DNA of 40,803 nt, taken from assembly GCA_052055015.1 (NCBI GenBank), contig JBQJIT010000050.1; one strand, 5' to 3'. Source of the stretch: Malassezia furfur (lineage: Eukaryota). Both the position numbers and the translations under genes were made by a program. Numbering within the stretch: position 1 is the first letter of the stretch; each line of letters starts with the position of its first letter. Positions 11,413 through 21,186 of the stretch are shown one piece after another. The notes under the pieces were generated by a model. The model did not search any database. It saw nothing but the letters and a program-made list of their open reading frames with translations, and was not told the DNA's origin.

Positions 11413-12501
11413 TCACAAAGCGTACGTCAGCTTCTCGCCAGAAACCTTGTTGTACCGCAGACGGTCAAGGCCAGAGGGAATCGCCGGAAGACCACCCGAC
11501 TGCGGCTCAGTGCGATCCGGCTTGATCAAGCCGTTCGACAGCAGGTTCGTAAACACGTCGCTGTTGACAAATGATGCCATGAACTGGCGGTCCTCCTGGG
11601 CCTCCTTCTTGCTGCACGATTTGGTAAAGAGTTCAAACGCTTCACCTTCCGCAGAGTACAGCAAGAAGAAGGTTGCGCGCACTTGGTTGTTCACTGAGCT
11701 GAGATCCGAGCTGATCGGCAAAATTGTCACCAGCTTGGAAGCCTGAGACTTGGGCAGGGTGCGGCCACAAGCTTCGATCGAGCCGTGCTCGGAGTAGGTG
11801 TCAAACGCAAGCGTGAGATCGGGGTGTGCCTCAGCAATTTTCTCCGGAGTCTGTTCGTCGCGGTAATCGTACACCTCGGAAGCACCCAACGACTTCAAAA
11901 ATTCGTTGTTTTTCGGCGAGGCCGTCGCGATCACATAGTAACCCGATGCACGTGCAAACTGGATCACAAACTGTCCGACAGAGGTGGCACCCGACCAGAC
12001 CAGCAGCTTCTTCGAGTTGTTCACGGGAGGCAAGCTGTCCAGTTTCGGCGAGGGAGGCTCCAAACCGAGATGCTTGCTCTGGTACAAGCCCATGTACGCC
12101 GTGAAGCCGGGGATACCCAAGCCAGCTGCGAGTTCGTCACTCACATTTTCCGGCACTTTAATCACAGCTTCCGGGTAGGTCGCGAGATATTCGGCAAAGG
12201 CACCCGTTCCAACGCGAGTACCACCGTGCACCCAGCCAGCGACGCGCTCGCCAACTGCGATGCCGCTCTGGCAATCCTTCCCCTTCTCAACCACAGTACC
12301 CACAAAGTCGGAGCCGAGCGTGGTACCCTTGAAGCCGAAGAAGTCCAGGTGTTTCCAGTCCGTCGGGTTCAGTGCCACATTGTGCACTTTGACCAAAATG
12401 CCGGTCGGGTCGACTTTGGGCGTTTCGGTCTGTTGCAAGTCGGCAAAGCCCTTGTCCTGGACAATCCAGGCCTTCATAGTCGCAGGAATGTTAGAAGTCA
12501 T
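11413..12501 (-). CDS. MDR-superfamily enoyl-reductase-like oxidoreductase, copy 2
   Basis: LNPTDWKH, GSDFVGTV, WSGATSVG, VSGEKL; collinear with copies 1 and 3. Confidence 0.9.
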   Translation of the reverse strand: MTSNIPATMKAWIVQDKGFADLQQTETPKVDPTGILVKVHNVALNPTDWKHLDFFGFKGTTLGSDFVGTVVEKGKDCQSGIAVGERVAGWVHGGTRVGTGAFAEYLATYPEAVIKVPENVSDELAAGLGIPGFTAYMGLYQSKHLGLEPPSPKLDSLPPVNNSKKLLVWSGATSVGQFVIQFARASGYYVIATASPKNNEFLKSLGASEVYDYRDEQTPEKIAEAHPDLTLAFDTYSEHGSIEACGRTLPKSQASKLVTILPISSDLSSVNNQVRATFFLLYSAEGEAFELFTKSCSKKEAQEDRQFMASFVNSDVFTNLLSNGLIKPDRTEPQSGGLPAIPSGLDRLRYNKVSGEKLTYAL

Positions 12502-12618
12502 CGTTGTTTGTAAAGGAGTTGGAATGCGGTTGTCTTCGCGACCGCGAGCCTTTTAAGATGCACGGGCCCCCATTTGATCGCTGGAGTTCCTTGCAATTCT
12601 GCTTAGAAAAAACGCAAT

Positions 12619-12625
12619 TGACTAA
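12619..12625. promoter_or_regulatory. Possible AP-1/Yap1 response element TGACTAA upstream of MDR copy 2
   Basis: Exact TGACTAA about 118 bp upstream of ATG 12501. It is a single short motif and could be chance. Confidence 0.3.
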
Positions 12626-13213
12626 TATCCGAGCAAACCCCGACTGGGCAATGAGCTAATACGTTCAGCCAGGAAGCGCAACTCACCTGGTCGCGAAGGT
12701 GTTCGGATTTATGGGACAACTATAGAGACTTTCCAAAAGTAATCAGCATTAGAATGCACACCAAGTTCTTCGATCATCGAAAGGATTGGTCCTTTGGGAA
12801 TCTACTCTTTCATGGCACGGAGTTTATGATGATTCGATAACCTTCGGCGCCATATGTCGGCGTTAAGCTCTAGAATGCTTGAACACTGCTCATTTAAATC
12901 CATTAGATACATCATCGAAGATGATCCTATAATTTACTTCAATACAGAGACTTCATTGTAATCGAGCGCTGGTATGATCATTAGCACGGTGCTGTGTTTG
13001 CTGGGTAGATGAAATTATGGTTAAATTGTCACTTCTTCCGTCAAAAGGCAGCATATCTAGACTAGCAACCAACTGTTTTGGCATTCTTTTCTCTCTCGGA
13101 ATCGCAGATCGCTCATATATACCGCTTGGGATGAAACTCCTTGTCAATGGTAATTGTCTACTGCTTGTTGGACGAGTCCAATCCTAATAAATACACCTAA
13201 TTAGGGCATGAAT

Positions 13214-14305
13214 TTAAATCTTGTACGTGAGCTTCTCTCCGGAAATCTCGCCCTTGCGCATACGGTCGAGACCAGCGGGGATAGCTGCAAGCCCACCCGT
13301 CTGGGGTGCGGTGTTGTTCGGCTTCAGAAGGCCCTTGCTGAGAAGGTCCGTCATAACACCGCTGCTGATCACCTTGAAAAGGTACTGCTGGTCCTGCTGG
13401 CAATACTCCTTCGAAAAGTGCATACCGAAGAAGTCAAGCTCCTGTCCAGCCATGGTGTAGCCGATGAAGAACGTCTGCTCAACCTTGTCGTTCACAGACT
13501 TGACCTTGTCGTTTGGCGGGAGGATGGTGCAGAGCTTCGAACGCTGGGTCTTGGAAAGCGCATGAGCACAGCCAAGCTGCGACTGCTCCGTCGCGAACGT
13601 GTCAAGCGCGTACACCAGATCAGCATGCGCTTCCGCGATCTTTTCGGGCGTCTTCTCGTCCTTGTAGTCAAGGACCTCCGCAGCACCGAGACTCTTCATG
13701 TAGCTCTCGTGCTTAAGCGAGGCAGTGACAATGACATGGTACCCAGCCGCGCGTGCGAGCTGGATGGCGAACTGACCCACCGACGTGGCACCCGACCAGA
13801 TCAACACCTTCTTGGATTGGTCGACCGGCGGCAATTTGTCGAGCGTAGGCGACGGCGGCGAAAGACCAAGGTGCTTGTCCTGGAACAGAGAGAAGTAAGC
13901 AGTGAGGCCACCGACACCAAGACCCGCGGCCGTCTCATTCGGAATGTTGTCAGGGACGCGGATGAGCGTCTGCGGGTAGGTTGCGACGTAGTCGGCAAAG
14001 GAGCCAACGCCGACCGTGTGGCCACCGCGGGTCGTACCAGCGACACGCGTACCGATTTCAATGCCCGACTTGTCGTCATCTCCCTTGGCAACCACCGTTC
14101 CGACAAAGTCGGAGCCGGCGAAGGCGCCCTTCGCGCCAAAAATGTCGAGATGCTTCCAGTCGGTCGGGTTGAGCGCGACGTTGTCAACGTGGACAAGGAC
14201 GCCGATGGGGGCGGGCTTCGGCGTGTCCACCTGCTCGACCTTGGCCTCGCCCTTGCCCTGGACCACGAGGGCGTTCATCTTGGCTGGAATGCTCGAGGAA
14301 GACAT
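13214..14305 (-). CDS. MDR-superfamily enoyl-reductase-like oxidoreductase, copy 3
   Basis: LNPTDWKH, GSDFVGTV, WSGATSVG, ISGEKL. ATG 14305 (MSSSSIPAKM); TATA-like CATATAAG on the minus strand about 50 bp upstream. Confidence 0.9.
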   Translation of the reverse strand: MSSSSIPAKMNALVVQGKGEAKVEQVDTPKPAPIGVLVHVDNVALNPTDWKHLDIFGAKGAFAGSDFVGTVVAKGDDDKSGIEIGTRVAGTTRGGHTVGVGSFADYVATYPQTLIRVPDNIPNETAAGLGVGGLTAYFSLFQDKHLGLSPPSPTLDKLPPVDQSKKVLIWSGATSVGQFAIQLARAAGYHVIVTASLKHESYMKSLGAAEVLDYKDEKTPEKIAEAHADLVYALDTFATEQSQLGCAHALSKTQRSKLCTILPPNDKVKSVNDKVEQTFFIGYTMAGQELDFFGMHFSKEYCQQDQQYLFKVISSGVMTDLLSKGLLKPNNTAPQTGGLAAIPAGLDRMRKGEISGEKLTYKI

Positions 14306-14849
14306 ATTGATAGATGACGATCTAACGATACGTCGCCTCCTGAGCACGGGCCGCTTATATGTGCCACACGTCTCCACATGCGTTTCGCTCAGGAACTTTC
14401 GATCCAACCGATACTTCCGTAATCCCCGAATTTGCGCGCTTCTCCGCGGTGATCGGGGCAGGTCTGAAAATAGCTACGTCGAAGTATTATGTTGGAAATG
14501 CGGGGAACACCCAAGAGCTTCTAAGTTTGTCCGCAGAGAGCAGCAAGTCCGCGCTCGGTCCTATGAGCCCTACGGACCGAGACTCCGAAAGAGCTAAGAT
14601 CTGGGCAATAAGCTTGAGAGTGCGCCGGGTACGCATGCTCTGAGGTTGGCAAGTAGTAGTTTTCGTTTCTTGAAAACCATGCACACGATCCAGTCATCCT
14701 ATAGCTGTTTGTGTCACGTCTCGTAGATCTATAAGGTGTAAGGCCATCTTCGTGCAGGCTAGGCAAGGTCGATGCAACATAAGCATGCGTTCTATCTCGG
14801 CAGCCAACACCAGGCCTCCACTTGGAGATCGTGGTGGAGTGCTGCAACC

Positions 14850-15719
14850 ATGGCCGACATATCGACACTATGGACTTTCTCCGCCCAGTCCATAACGCGC
14901 GAGCGACAAAGGCGCAACCAGAGACAAAACTTGGATCCAACCGATCCCGCTGCACTCGATGCAGAATCGTCAGAAGATGCACTGGGCGAATTTGCGGACG
15001 AGGAAACCCAACCAGAAGCTCGCGCGCACGGATCGCAAGCACTGCTGCATGCCGCGGCGCTGGCTGAACAGATGGAGGACCGACGCTGGTTGAGGTCGAC
15101 CAACGTGGTTGCCCGTGCAGGTTCTACACAACAAACTGCGGAGCTTCGCACACAGCAGCGGATTGCGCAAGAAGCCAAACGTGCTGCGCGTGAACAACAT
15201 TTGCCCTGGCGGGGCGATGTTGCAGAGGACGCGAGGATCTTGCGTACGCTCAAGGGAATTCAGCCACTGGGAAGCGTGGCAGATGCAGACCAGCTTAGTG
15301 ACTGGGAAGACGCGCTTGAGAATGCCAAGATCCAGCGCATTCGGTATGGGGAGAAAGACATCGTACAAATTGGGCGCCGTCGAACCCTGGCAGAAGAAGA
15401 ACACAGTCACCACGAAGACGATCTCCAAACACAGACGGCACTTCCCGGCCCCGACCTGTCACTCCCACATGACCTCTACGGCATGACCAACGTTCTCCCC
15501 GAAGATACCTCGGGGTGGTCTGAGTCCATGTCGGCTTCGTTTGACTTGCCCCGTACTCGACCGAGGCGCTCGCTCCCGCAGCGTTGGACTCCTCAGCGCA
15601 CGGCAGGGGCTTCTGCCGCTGCTGCTGCACTCGACGCCATCGCTCGGCAATCCATGGCAATGACTTCCCCTATCGCCGAGGACGAAGATCTCGATGCAGA
15701 CATAGAGGATATGGATTAG
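14850..15719 (+). CDS. Hypothetical protein, possibly APC/C subunit Apc15/Mnd2-like
   Basis: Open frame; accATGg at 14850, with an alternative upstream ATG at 14772. RIRYGEKDIVQIGRRRTLAEEE and C-terminal DLDADIEDMD resemble fungal Apc15 motifs as I recall them; unverified. Confidence 0.5.
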   Translation: MADISTLWTFSAQSITRERQRRNQRQNLDPTDPAALDAESSEDALGEFADEETQPEARAHGSQALLHAAALAEQMEDRRWLRSTNVVARAGSTQQTAELRTQQRIAQEAKRAAREQHLPWRGDVAEDARILRTLKGIQPLGSVADADQLSDWEDALENAKIQRIRYGEKDIVQIGRRRTLAEEEHSHHEDDLQTQTALPGPDLSLPHDLYGMTNVLPEDTSGWSESMSASFDLPRTRPRRSLPQRWTPQRTAGASAAAAALDAIARQSMAMTSPIAEDEDLDADIEDMD

Positions 15720-15729
15720 ACTAGATACC

Positions 15730-16389
15730 CTAGCATGGCACCTTGAGCTGGGAGCCAAGGCGCTCAATGATGAACCTGCGCGCAATTGGGTGCATACTGG
15801 TATTGGCGCTCATTGCCTGGTCTGCAATGACAACTGCGCGGCTTTCGGGCGTTTTGGTCGCCTCGGCGCTGTGCAGGCGTTGGTCGTGGAGGGAGGCCTT
15901 GGGCAGGTACGGTGCGTAGTCACCCTTCGAAACCTGCTCCTTATGCAAGTCCTTGAGCTGCCTCAGACGGTCGCGCAGTGATGCGGTGGATGTCCCCGAG
16001 ATTTTTGCATCCGCAGGTACGGCAATCGGTGGAGCATAACGCACCGTCGGCTTTTGCGCACCACCGAGAACGGTAGGAGCGTTCGCACGGAAGTCAAGCA
16101 TCATGGCACGGTATGTCTGGCGCTGGGTCATGGTCGGCCTGCGGATCTCGGACCCCGGTGCACTGGTATCTCCCGCCGTGCTAGGCATGGCCTGATGCGG
16201 CTTGCGGTTGGCGACGCGGTACAGAGGATGGTCCCACAGGGACACGGGCACCGGCGCCTGTTCCGAGTCCTGCGACACTGCCATCGAGGCACGCGCGGGC
16301 TTGGCATTCTTACGCGCCTGACGACCTGCCTCGGCTTGCAACCGGACACTTGTGTGCACCAAGCGCTGTGCGCTAGCGGGGGCACTCAT
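15730..16389 (-). CDS. Hypothetical basic protein, possible mitochondrial presequence
   Basis: The ORF fills the gap between neighbouring genes. N-terminus MSAPASAQRLVHTSVRLQA is presequence-like. No family recognised. Confidence 0.6.
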   Translation of the reverse strand: MSAPASAQRLVHTSVRLQAEAGRQARKNAKPARASMAVSQDSEQAPVPVSLWDHPLYRVANRKPHQAMPSTAGDTSAPGSEIRRPTMTQRQTYRAMMLDFRANAPTVLGGAQKPTVRYAPPIAVPADAKISGTSTASLRDRLRQLKDLHKEQVSKGDYAPYLPKASLHDQRLHSAEATKTPESRAVVIADQAMSANTSMHPIARRFIIERLGSQLKVPC

Positions 16390-16436
16390 CGTGGAAGAAG
16401 AACGAGCCACGTGCTGCTTCCCTCCACTGCGCGACC

Positions 16437-16696
16437 ATGAGCCAGATTACTACACCACAGCAACTGGGGAACTGGGTCGACGCGCTGCTCACGCAAGTCG
16501 AGTCGCGACTCAATGAGCGCAACAAGCAGGTTGAGAACCGAAGTATGTTATACACTAATGCAGTGAACGAAATGGCGGATCGCATTGACGCGCTCGAAGC
16601 GTCCATTCAAGGTATGTATTTTGGGCTCACCCAGAACTTGTGCATGGCACCGAATCTGGCACGAGCGCTCCTTCTGCCACCCAGGAGACACAATGA
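16437..16696 (+). CDS. HSBP1: Heat shock factor binding protein 1-like; introns 16543-16563 and 16612-16634
   Basis: Spliced 71-aa product MSQITTPQQLGNWVDALLTQVESRLNERNKQVENRMNEMADRIDALEASIQELVHGTESGTSAPSATQETQ*. RMNEMADRIDALEASI matches the HSBP1 coiled-coil signature. Confidence 0.8.
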
Positions 16697-16730
16697 CCGT
16701 GCGCATTGTTTCTATGTTTTTGTATTCTAG

Positions 16731-17771
16731 CTATTTATTGCCAAAGGTAACGCCGTACCCATGCACGGGATCGCCACGTTCCAACGCCGGCCAACTCTGT
16801 CCCGGAGAACGCTTCACCAGAACGAGGTCCAGCTTCATCTTGCCGATGGTAAAAGAGGATTTATCCGGGTCCACTTCGGAATAGGGCAGCAACGTCTTCT
16901 CAAACCGGCGCGCGTGGGTGATGGAGCCCACCGGATCGAGGTGCAGGTCCAGGCGTACCTGGTCCGTCTGGATGTCGACCACCGACTTGGCAGCATCGAC
17001 GGCCTTGGCATATACGGTGATACGCACATCATCTGGTGTTTCATAGTGGTCCAAACGGCACTGCACGAGCTCGCCGCTCGCTGGGGTGGGAGGTGCAAAA
17101 AGATGTCCGTGCTCGGCTTGAGTGCACGGGGCAATCTGGAGGAAGTCGTCAAAGTCGAGGACACGGCGCTTGCAGCATGTGTAGCCTTTCGATCCTTCGT
17201 GGAAGATGGGCACACCGGGGTGATATTTGCACTCTTCTTTCGAACGGTCCCGCTGAGTAAGGTCGGTCTCGGCAACATAGTTGCAGGCGCGACGGTGGCA
17301 TTTCGTGCCCGAGGCCACAGACTGTACAGAAGCAGGGTCTTGTGCCTCTGGCTCGGGCTCTTTTGGCGCACTCGGCTTGGGGGCGGCCGAAGGCGCAATG
17401 GGAGCGCGCCCGGGCATCGCGGGCGTCTTGGCTGCGGGCTTGGGCGACGCACTTTCGTTAAGCTGGACGTCATTAAGCGCATTTGTAGTCTGCTGTACGT
17501 CCGCCGAGGTGTCTTTGACTTTTCCTCCAGGGACTTGCGTCGGTGCTGGCTCTTGTTTCTCGGTCGTATGCGAGGGCGCTGTGGCACAACCTGGCAGGGC
17601 CAAGAATTGGTCGAATTCCATCACGGGTTTGTTCGTCTCCTTGCAGCAGGACCAGGATTTCAAGCCCTCGTGGAAGACGGGTGCACCAGGGTGGTACTTA
17701 CACTCCCCGTACTGCTCCGGTTCATCTGGGTTGAAGTCTACGCCGCACCCGCGTCGCTTGCAAATGACCAT
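16731..17771 (-). CDS. CHORD-domain Hsp90 co-chaperone (two CHORD domains plus CS domain; CHORDC1/Rar1-like)
   Basis: CKRRGCG..CKYHPGAPVFHEGLKSWSCC, a second CHORD CHRRAC..CKYHPGVPIFHEGSKGYTCC, and a CS domain CRLDHYET...WPALE. Confidence 0.92.
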   Translation of the reverse strand: MVICKRRGCGVDFNPDEPEQYGECKYHPGAPVFHEGLKSWSCCKETNKPVMEFDQFLALPGCATAPSHTTEKQEPAPTQVPGGKVKDTSADVQQTTNALNDVQLNESASPKPAAKTPAMPGRAPIAPSAAPKPSAPKEPEPEAQDPASVQSVASGTKCHRRACNYVAETDLTQRDRSKEECKYHPGVPIFHEGSKGYTCCKRRVLDFDDFLQIAPCTQAEHGHLFAPPTPASGELVQCRLDHYETPDDVRITVYAKAVDAAKSVVDIQTDQVRLDLHLDPVGSITHARRFEKTLLPYSEVDPDKSSFTIGKMKLDLVLVKRSPGQSWPALERGDPVHGYGVTFGNK

Positions 17772-17853
17772 GTCGTGTGCCAAGTGTGGGACGGATTGCT
17801 GACACAATTCGCCCCGATTTGCACCGTACGCAAAATTGCGCACTCCCAATTTG

Positions 17854-18994
17854 ATGCCTGGGGAGCCGTCGCCTAGTGCGCCCTCGCCGAGCGCGCTATC
17901 GGCGACCCCGACTGCAGCCATACCGCCCAAACGCGCCCGGTCTCTGCGTCGGTCGCAGATCGAGTCGCGTCTCCTGGCTGGGGGTCAAGGGGACGTAGAG
18001 ATGCTGCTGAATCCACCCCCCCGCATGGCACAAGGTATGCATGCAACACTCACACAGACAATCCTTTTCTACCTGGCAACACAATCCTGGTTTTAGACGA
18101 TGCAGATACGTCGGATGGGTCAAGTGCACAAACTCCTGATGCCTCCGCGCGGGTCCAAGCGATTCTCGCGTACCTTTCGGACCCCGAGAAGGCCCGTGAA
18201 TGTGCCGCGATGCAAGAAGTGGAAACCCCCGAGTTCCATGCAGCGGATGCTCCCTCGAGTCTAGGCAAGACGCGTGGTGCATCTACGCCGGTGGTATGTT
18301 ATGTATATTAACACAGTATGACACATCCGACGAGGTCTATTTGGCACGTCATCTTCGGCACGAACGCGCCGAAAAGAAACTGCGCAAACAAGAAAAGGAG
18401 AACTTGATCCGCGACCGACAGAAACTAATTGCGCGCATCGAAAGCCTGGAGCAGGTGGATATTGCGCTCCTGGTGCCGATGTTGGCGTCGCTGGATACAC
18501 AGTACAATAAACCAGCGCGAAGCGAGGACGAACTCACCACCCATCTCACTACTTTGCACGCTGAGCTTCTTGCAGATGCCAAAGCCACCCTCGTTCGCTA
18601 CAACAAGCTTTTACCGTCCGAGGCAAAGCACGACCCAGATACCGACTATGCCAAGCGACCCGCCCGTGCGACCACTCCTCTCGCCCAACATACCCAAACC
18701 AGAGTACCGCGTGTCGTCAAAGAAAGCACGAAAGCGCTCGGAGAACGCGCATCCCCTTTGCGGCCCAAATCCCCCCTACATCATCGCATTGGCCCCTCAT
18801 TGGCCGAGCTCGCCGCCCAGGAAATGCCCTCCCAAGCGGATGACCCCGTATACCCCACTACCCCATCCAACCAACGCCGCAACTCTACCCGGAGGAAGGC
18901 TGCGAGCGCATTTGGTGAGCGTGTGCCCGACTATGCACTACACCCTGCCCCATTCGAGACGGCCATGGCCCAATTTTTTAGTCGCCCTCCATAA
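17854..18994 (+). CDS. SAS4/PEHE-domain protein (MYST histone acetyltransferase complex subunit-like); introns 18035-18057 and 18294-18316
   Basis: Two 23-nt introns give a continuous frame containing VETPEF and DTSDEVYLARHLRHERAEKKLRKQEKE, resembling the PEHE/Sas4 core. Confidence 0.65.
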
Positions 18995-19023
18995 TTCCTC
19001 TATTTCGAGAATCTCGCGCGACG

Positions 19024-20201
19024 ATGAGCGACGTTCGCGACGTGCCGAATGGCGCGTTGCCGCTCTCTCCCGAACTCGTGAACAGCTTCCGCCCCGCAAA
19101 GGTGTTCCACGACTTTGTCCAACATGACCGCCAAGTTACGAGTGTTGACTATGACGATCGGGGCGAGTTGTTGGTGACGGCGTCGAACGACGAGACCATC
19201 CAGTTGTACAACTGCCGCACGGGCCGGTAGGTTTCGCGCACTGACGCAGTCACATCAAGTCCTTGTATAGCAAAAAATACGGTGTGCACCTGGCGCGATT
19301 CACGCACCGTGCATCAGCGATCATTTACGCGTCGACCAAAGAGGATGGTACGTGCGAAGCTCACCCAGACACAATCCGCTACCATTCTTTGCACGACAAT
19401 AAGTACCTGCAGTATTTCCGAGGGCACAAGAGACGGTATGCAGTGGCACTGATGCAGGGTCGTCTCTCTCGAAATGTCGCCGGTCGACGACACCTTTTTG
19501 TCTGGCGCCGTGGACGATGCGGTGCGGTTTTGGGACCTGCGTAGCCCTGAGGCGCAGGGACAGTTGCGCGTGCGCGGTCATCCCGTTGTGACGTATGACC
19601 CTACCGGTGCCGTGTTTGCCATTGCACTGAACGAGCGCAATGCCGTGCTGCTGTACGACGTGCGGAAATTTGACTGCGACCCCTTTTTGACGGTTACCAT
19701 TGACGACACGGCCGCGCTATCCCAGATTTCGATGCCGCCGCGGATTCCGGTAATTACCTCGTTGAGCTTCAACCAGTCGGGCCAGTTTGTCTTGGTGGGC
19801 ACTGCAGGAGATGTGCACTATATTGTCGACTCCTTCTCTGGTAAACTGCTCTACCGGCTCGTGGGCCACGTTGGCCTGGAGCAGGCGTCTGGAAGAGGCG
19901 TTGGGATGGTGCCACAGGCAGGCATTAGCGGCCAAGAGGCGTGCTGGACACCTGACGGCCGCATGGTCCTTTCCCTCTCGTCGACAGGACAGCTATGTAT
20001 CTGGGCACTCCCCGAGACCACACCCGAGGCGACAACCACGCTTCGTCCGACCGGGCTTCTCAATGGTCATGAGGGCCCATCGCGCGTTGTTGCGTTTAAT
20101 CCTAAATGCGCTCGTACGTCGCCCTATCTGACACAGAATTTTGCACCGCGAGTGGGCAAGTCGCTTTCTGGCTACCAGACATTGAAGGTCTCACAGAGTA
20201 A
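19024..20201 (+). CDS. SWD2: COMPASS/CPF WD40 subunit Swd2 (WDR82); introns 19227-19249, 19348-19368, 19436-19457, 20114-20136
   Basis: The spliced product has [49 protein letters not shown], and ends [27 protein letters not shown]. These are Swd2/WDR82 hallmarks. Confidence 0.92.
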
Positions 20202-20296
20202 TCCATATAGTTGGCAAACACTCTTGGAGCATACGGACAATCACCGCGATTTGCCTGTATCCAAGTGAAGGAGGCGCGCGTCTTCGAGAAGTCAAT

Positions 20297-20308
20297 GGCC
20301 ACGTGGCC
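20297..20308. promoter_or_regulatory. GGCCACGTGGCC palindrome (E-box) upstream of the enoyl-CoA isomerase
   Basis: 12-bp perfect palindrome about 60 bp before ATG 20365. Confidence 0.5.
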
Positions 20309-20364
20309 CGGCCCTTTCTCCAGCCTGGCCGGCGTGAATCCGGGGTAAACCAGCTGGAGCCATC

Positions 20365-21185
20365 ATGGTTGAGTCGACGACGTTTGCTACGAAAAAGGAC
20401 AACATCCCTTTGGTTCGCCTGGACTTTGATCCGCAGACGCGTATCTTTGTGTTGTACTTACTGGGCGAGCAGACCCCCGACAACCGTCTCACGCATGAAT
20501 TCATTCGAGAGGGAATTGTGCCCGCATGCCGCCAGGTTCAGAAGATGTGGGACCAGTGGGTGAGCAATGGGGACGTCGGCGAAGGTTCTGCATTGGTGAC
20601 CACGGCGCTGCCGAAGAACAAGATTTTCTCCAACGGCCTGGATCTGATGAACGCCATTGCCGATCCCACCTTCTTTGACGACTATCTCAATGTCATGTTC
20701 AAGGAGCTGCTCTCGCTTCCCATTCCCACGGTTGCGTCGGTGGGTGGTCATGCATTTGCTGGTGGCTTTACACTGGCTGCTGCGCATGACTACCGCGTGC
20801 AGAATGGCAAGAAGGGCTATCTGTGCTTGAACGAAATTGAGTTTGGCGCTCCGGTGCCCAACGGGATGATGGCTGTTCTTCGTACCGTGACCAACGAGCC
20901 GACGGTCATCCGCAAAATTGTGCTTGAGGGCCACCGGTTTGGCGCGAAGGAGGCACTGCAGCACAAGTTGATTGACGTGATCGCCGATGGTCCTGGCTAC
21001 GAGGGGTCGGAGGGCACGCTGAAAAAGTCGATCGAACTCGCGATGGCCCTGCGCTCGCGCTCGCTCAAAAACGGCTACAAGGTGAACCGTGAGCTGATGT
21101 TCAAGGAGCAATTCACCATCCTCAACCAGCCGGACAAGTACGTGTTATCTGCTCATCCAGGTTCGATCTGCCCGCGTCTGTCTAA
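20365..21185 (+). CDS. Crotonase-superfamily enoyl-CoA delta-isomerase/hydratase; terminal intron 21138-21160
   Basis: FSNGLDL, PIPTVASVGGHAFAGG, HDYR, LCLNEIEFG. The 23-nt intron gives the ending QPDKFDLPASV* and avoids a long overlap with the opposing gene. Confidence 0.85.
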
Positions 21186-21186
21186 G

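Noticed and set aside
12953..13147. 64-aa ORF in the AT-rich spacer as a possible pseudogene or transposon relic
   Set aside because: No similarity to the MDR paralogues or to transposases that I can recognise; no terminal repeats seen.
12500..13200. Active centromere core or horizontally transferred island
   Set aside because: About 40% GC appears too high for a Malassezia-type core, and the GC depression extends over native housekeeping genes. Kept only as a relic hypothesis.
10089..14305. Secondary-metabolite gene cluster around LovC/ToxD-like reductases
   Set aside because: No PKS, NRPS, tailoring enzymes or cluster regulator in the window; neighbours are housekeeping genes.
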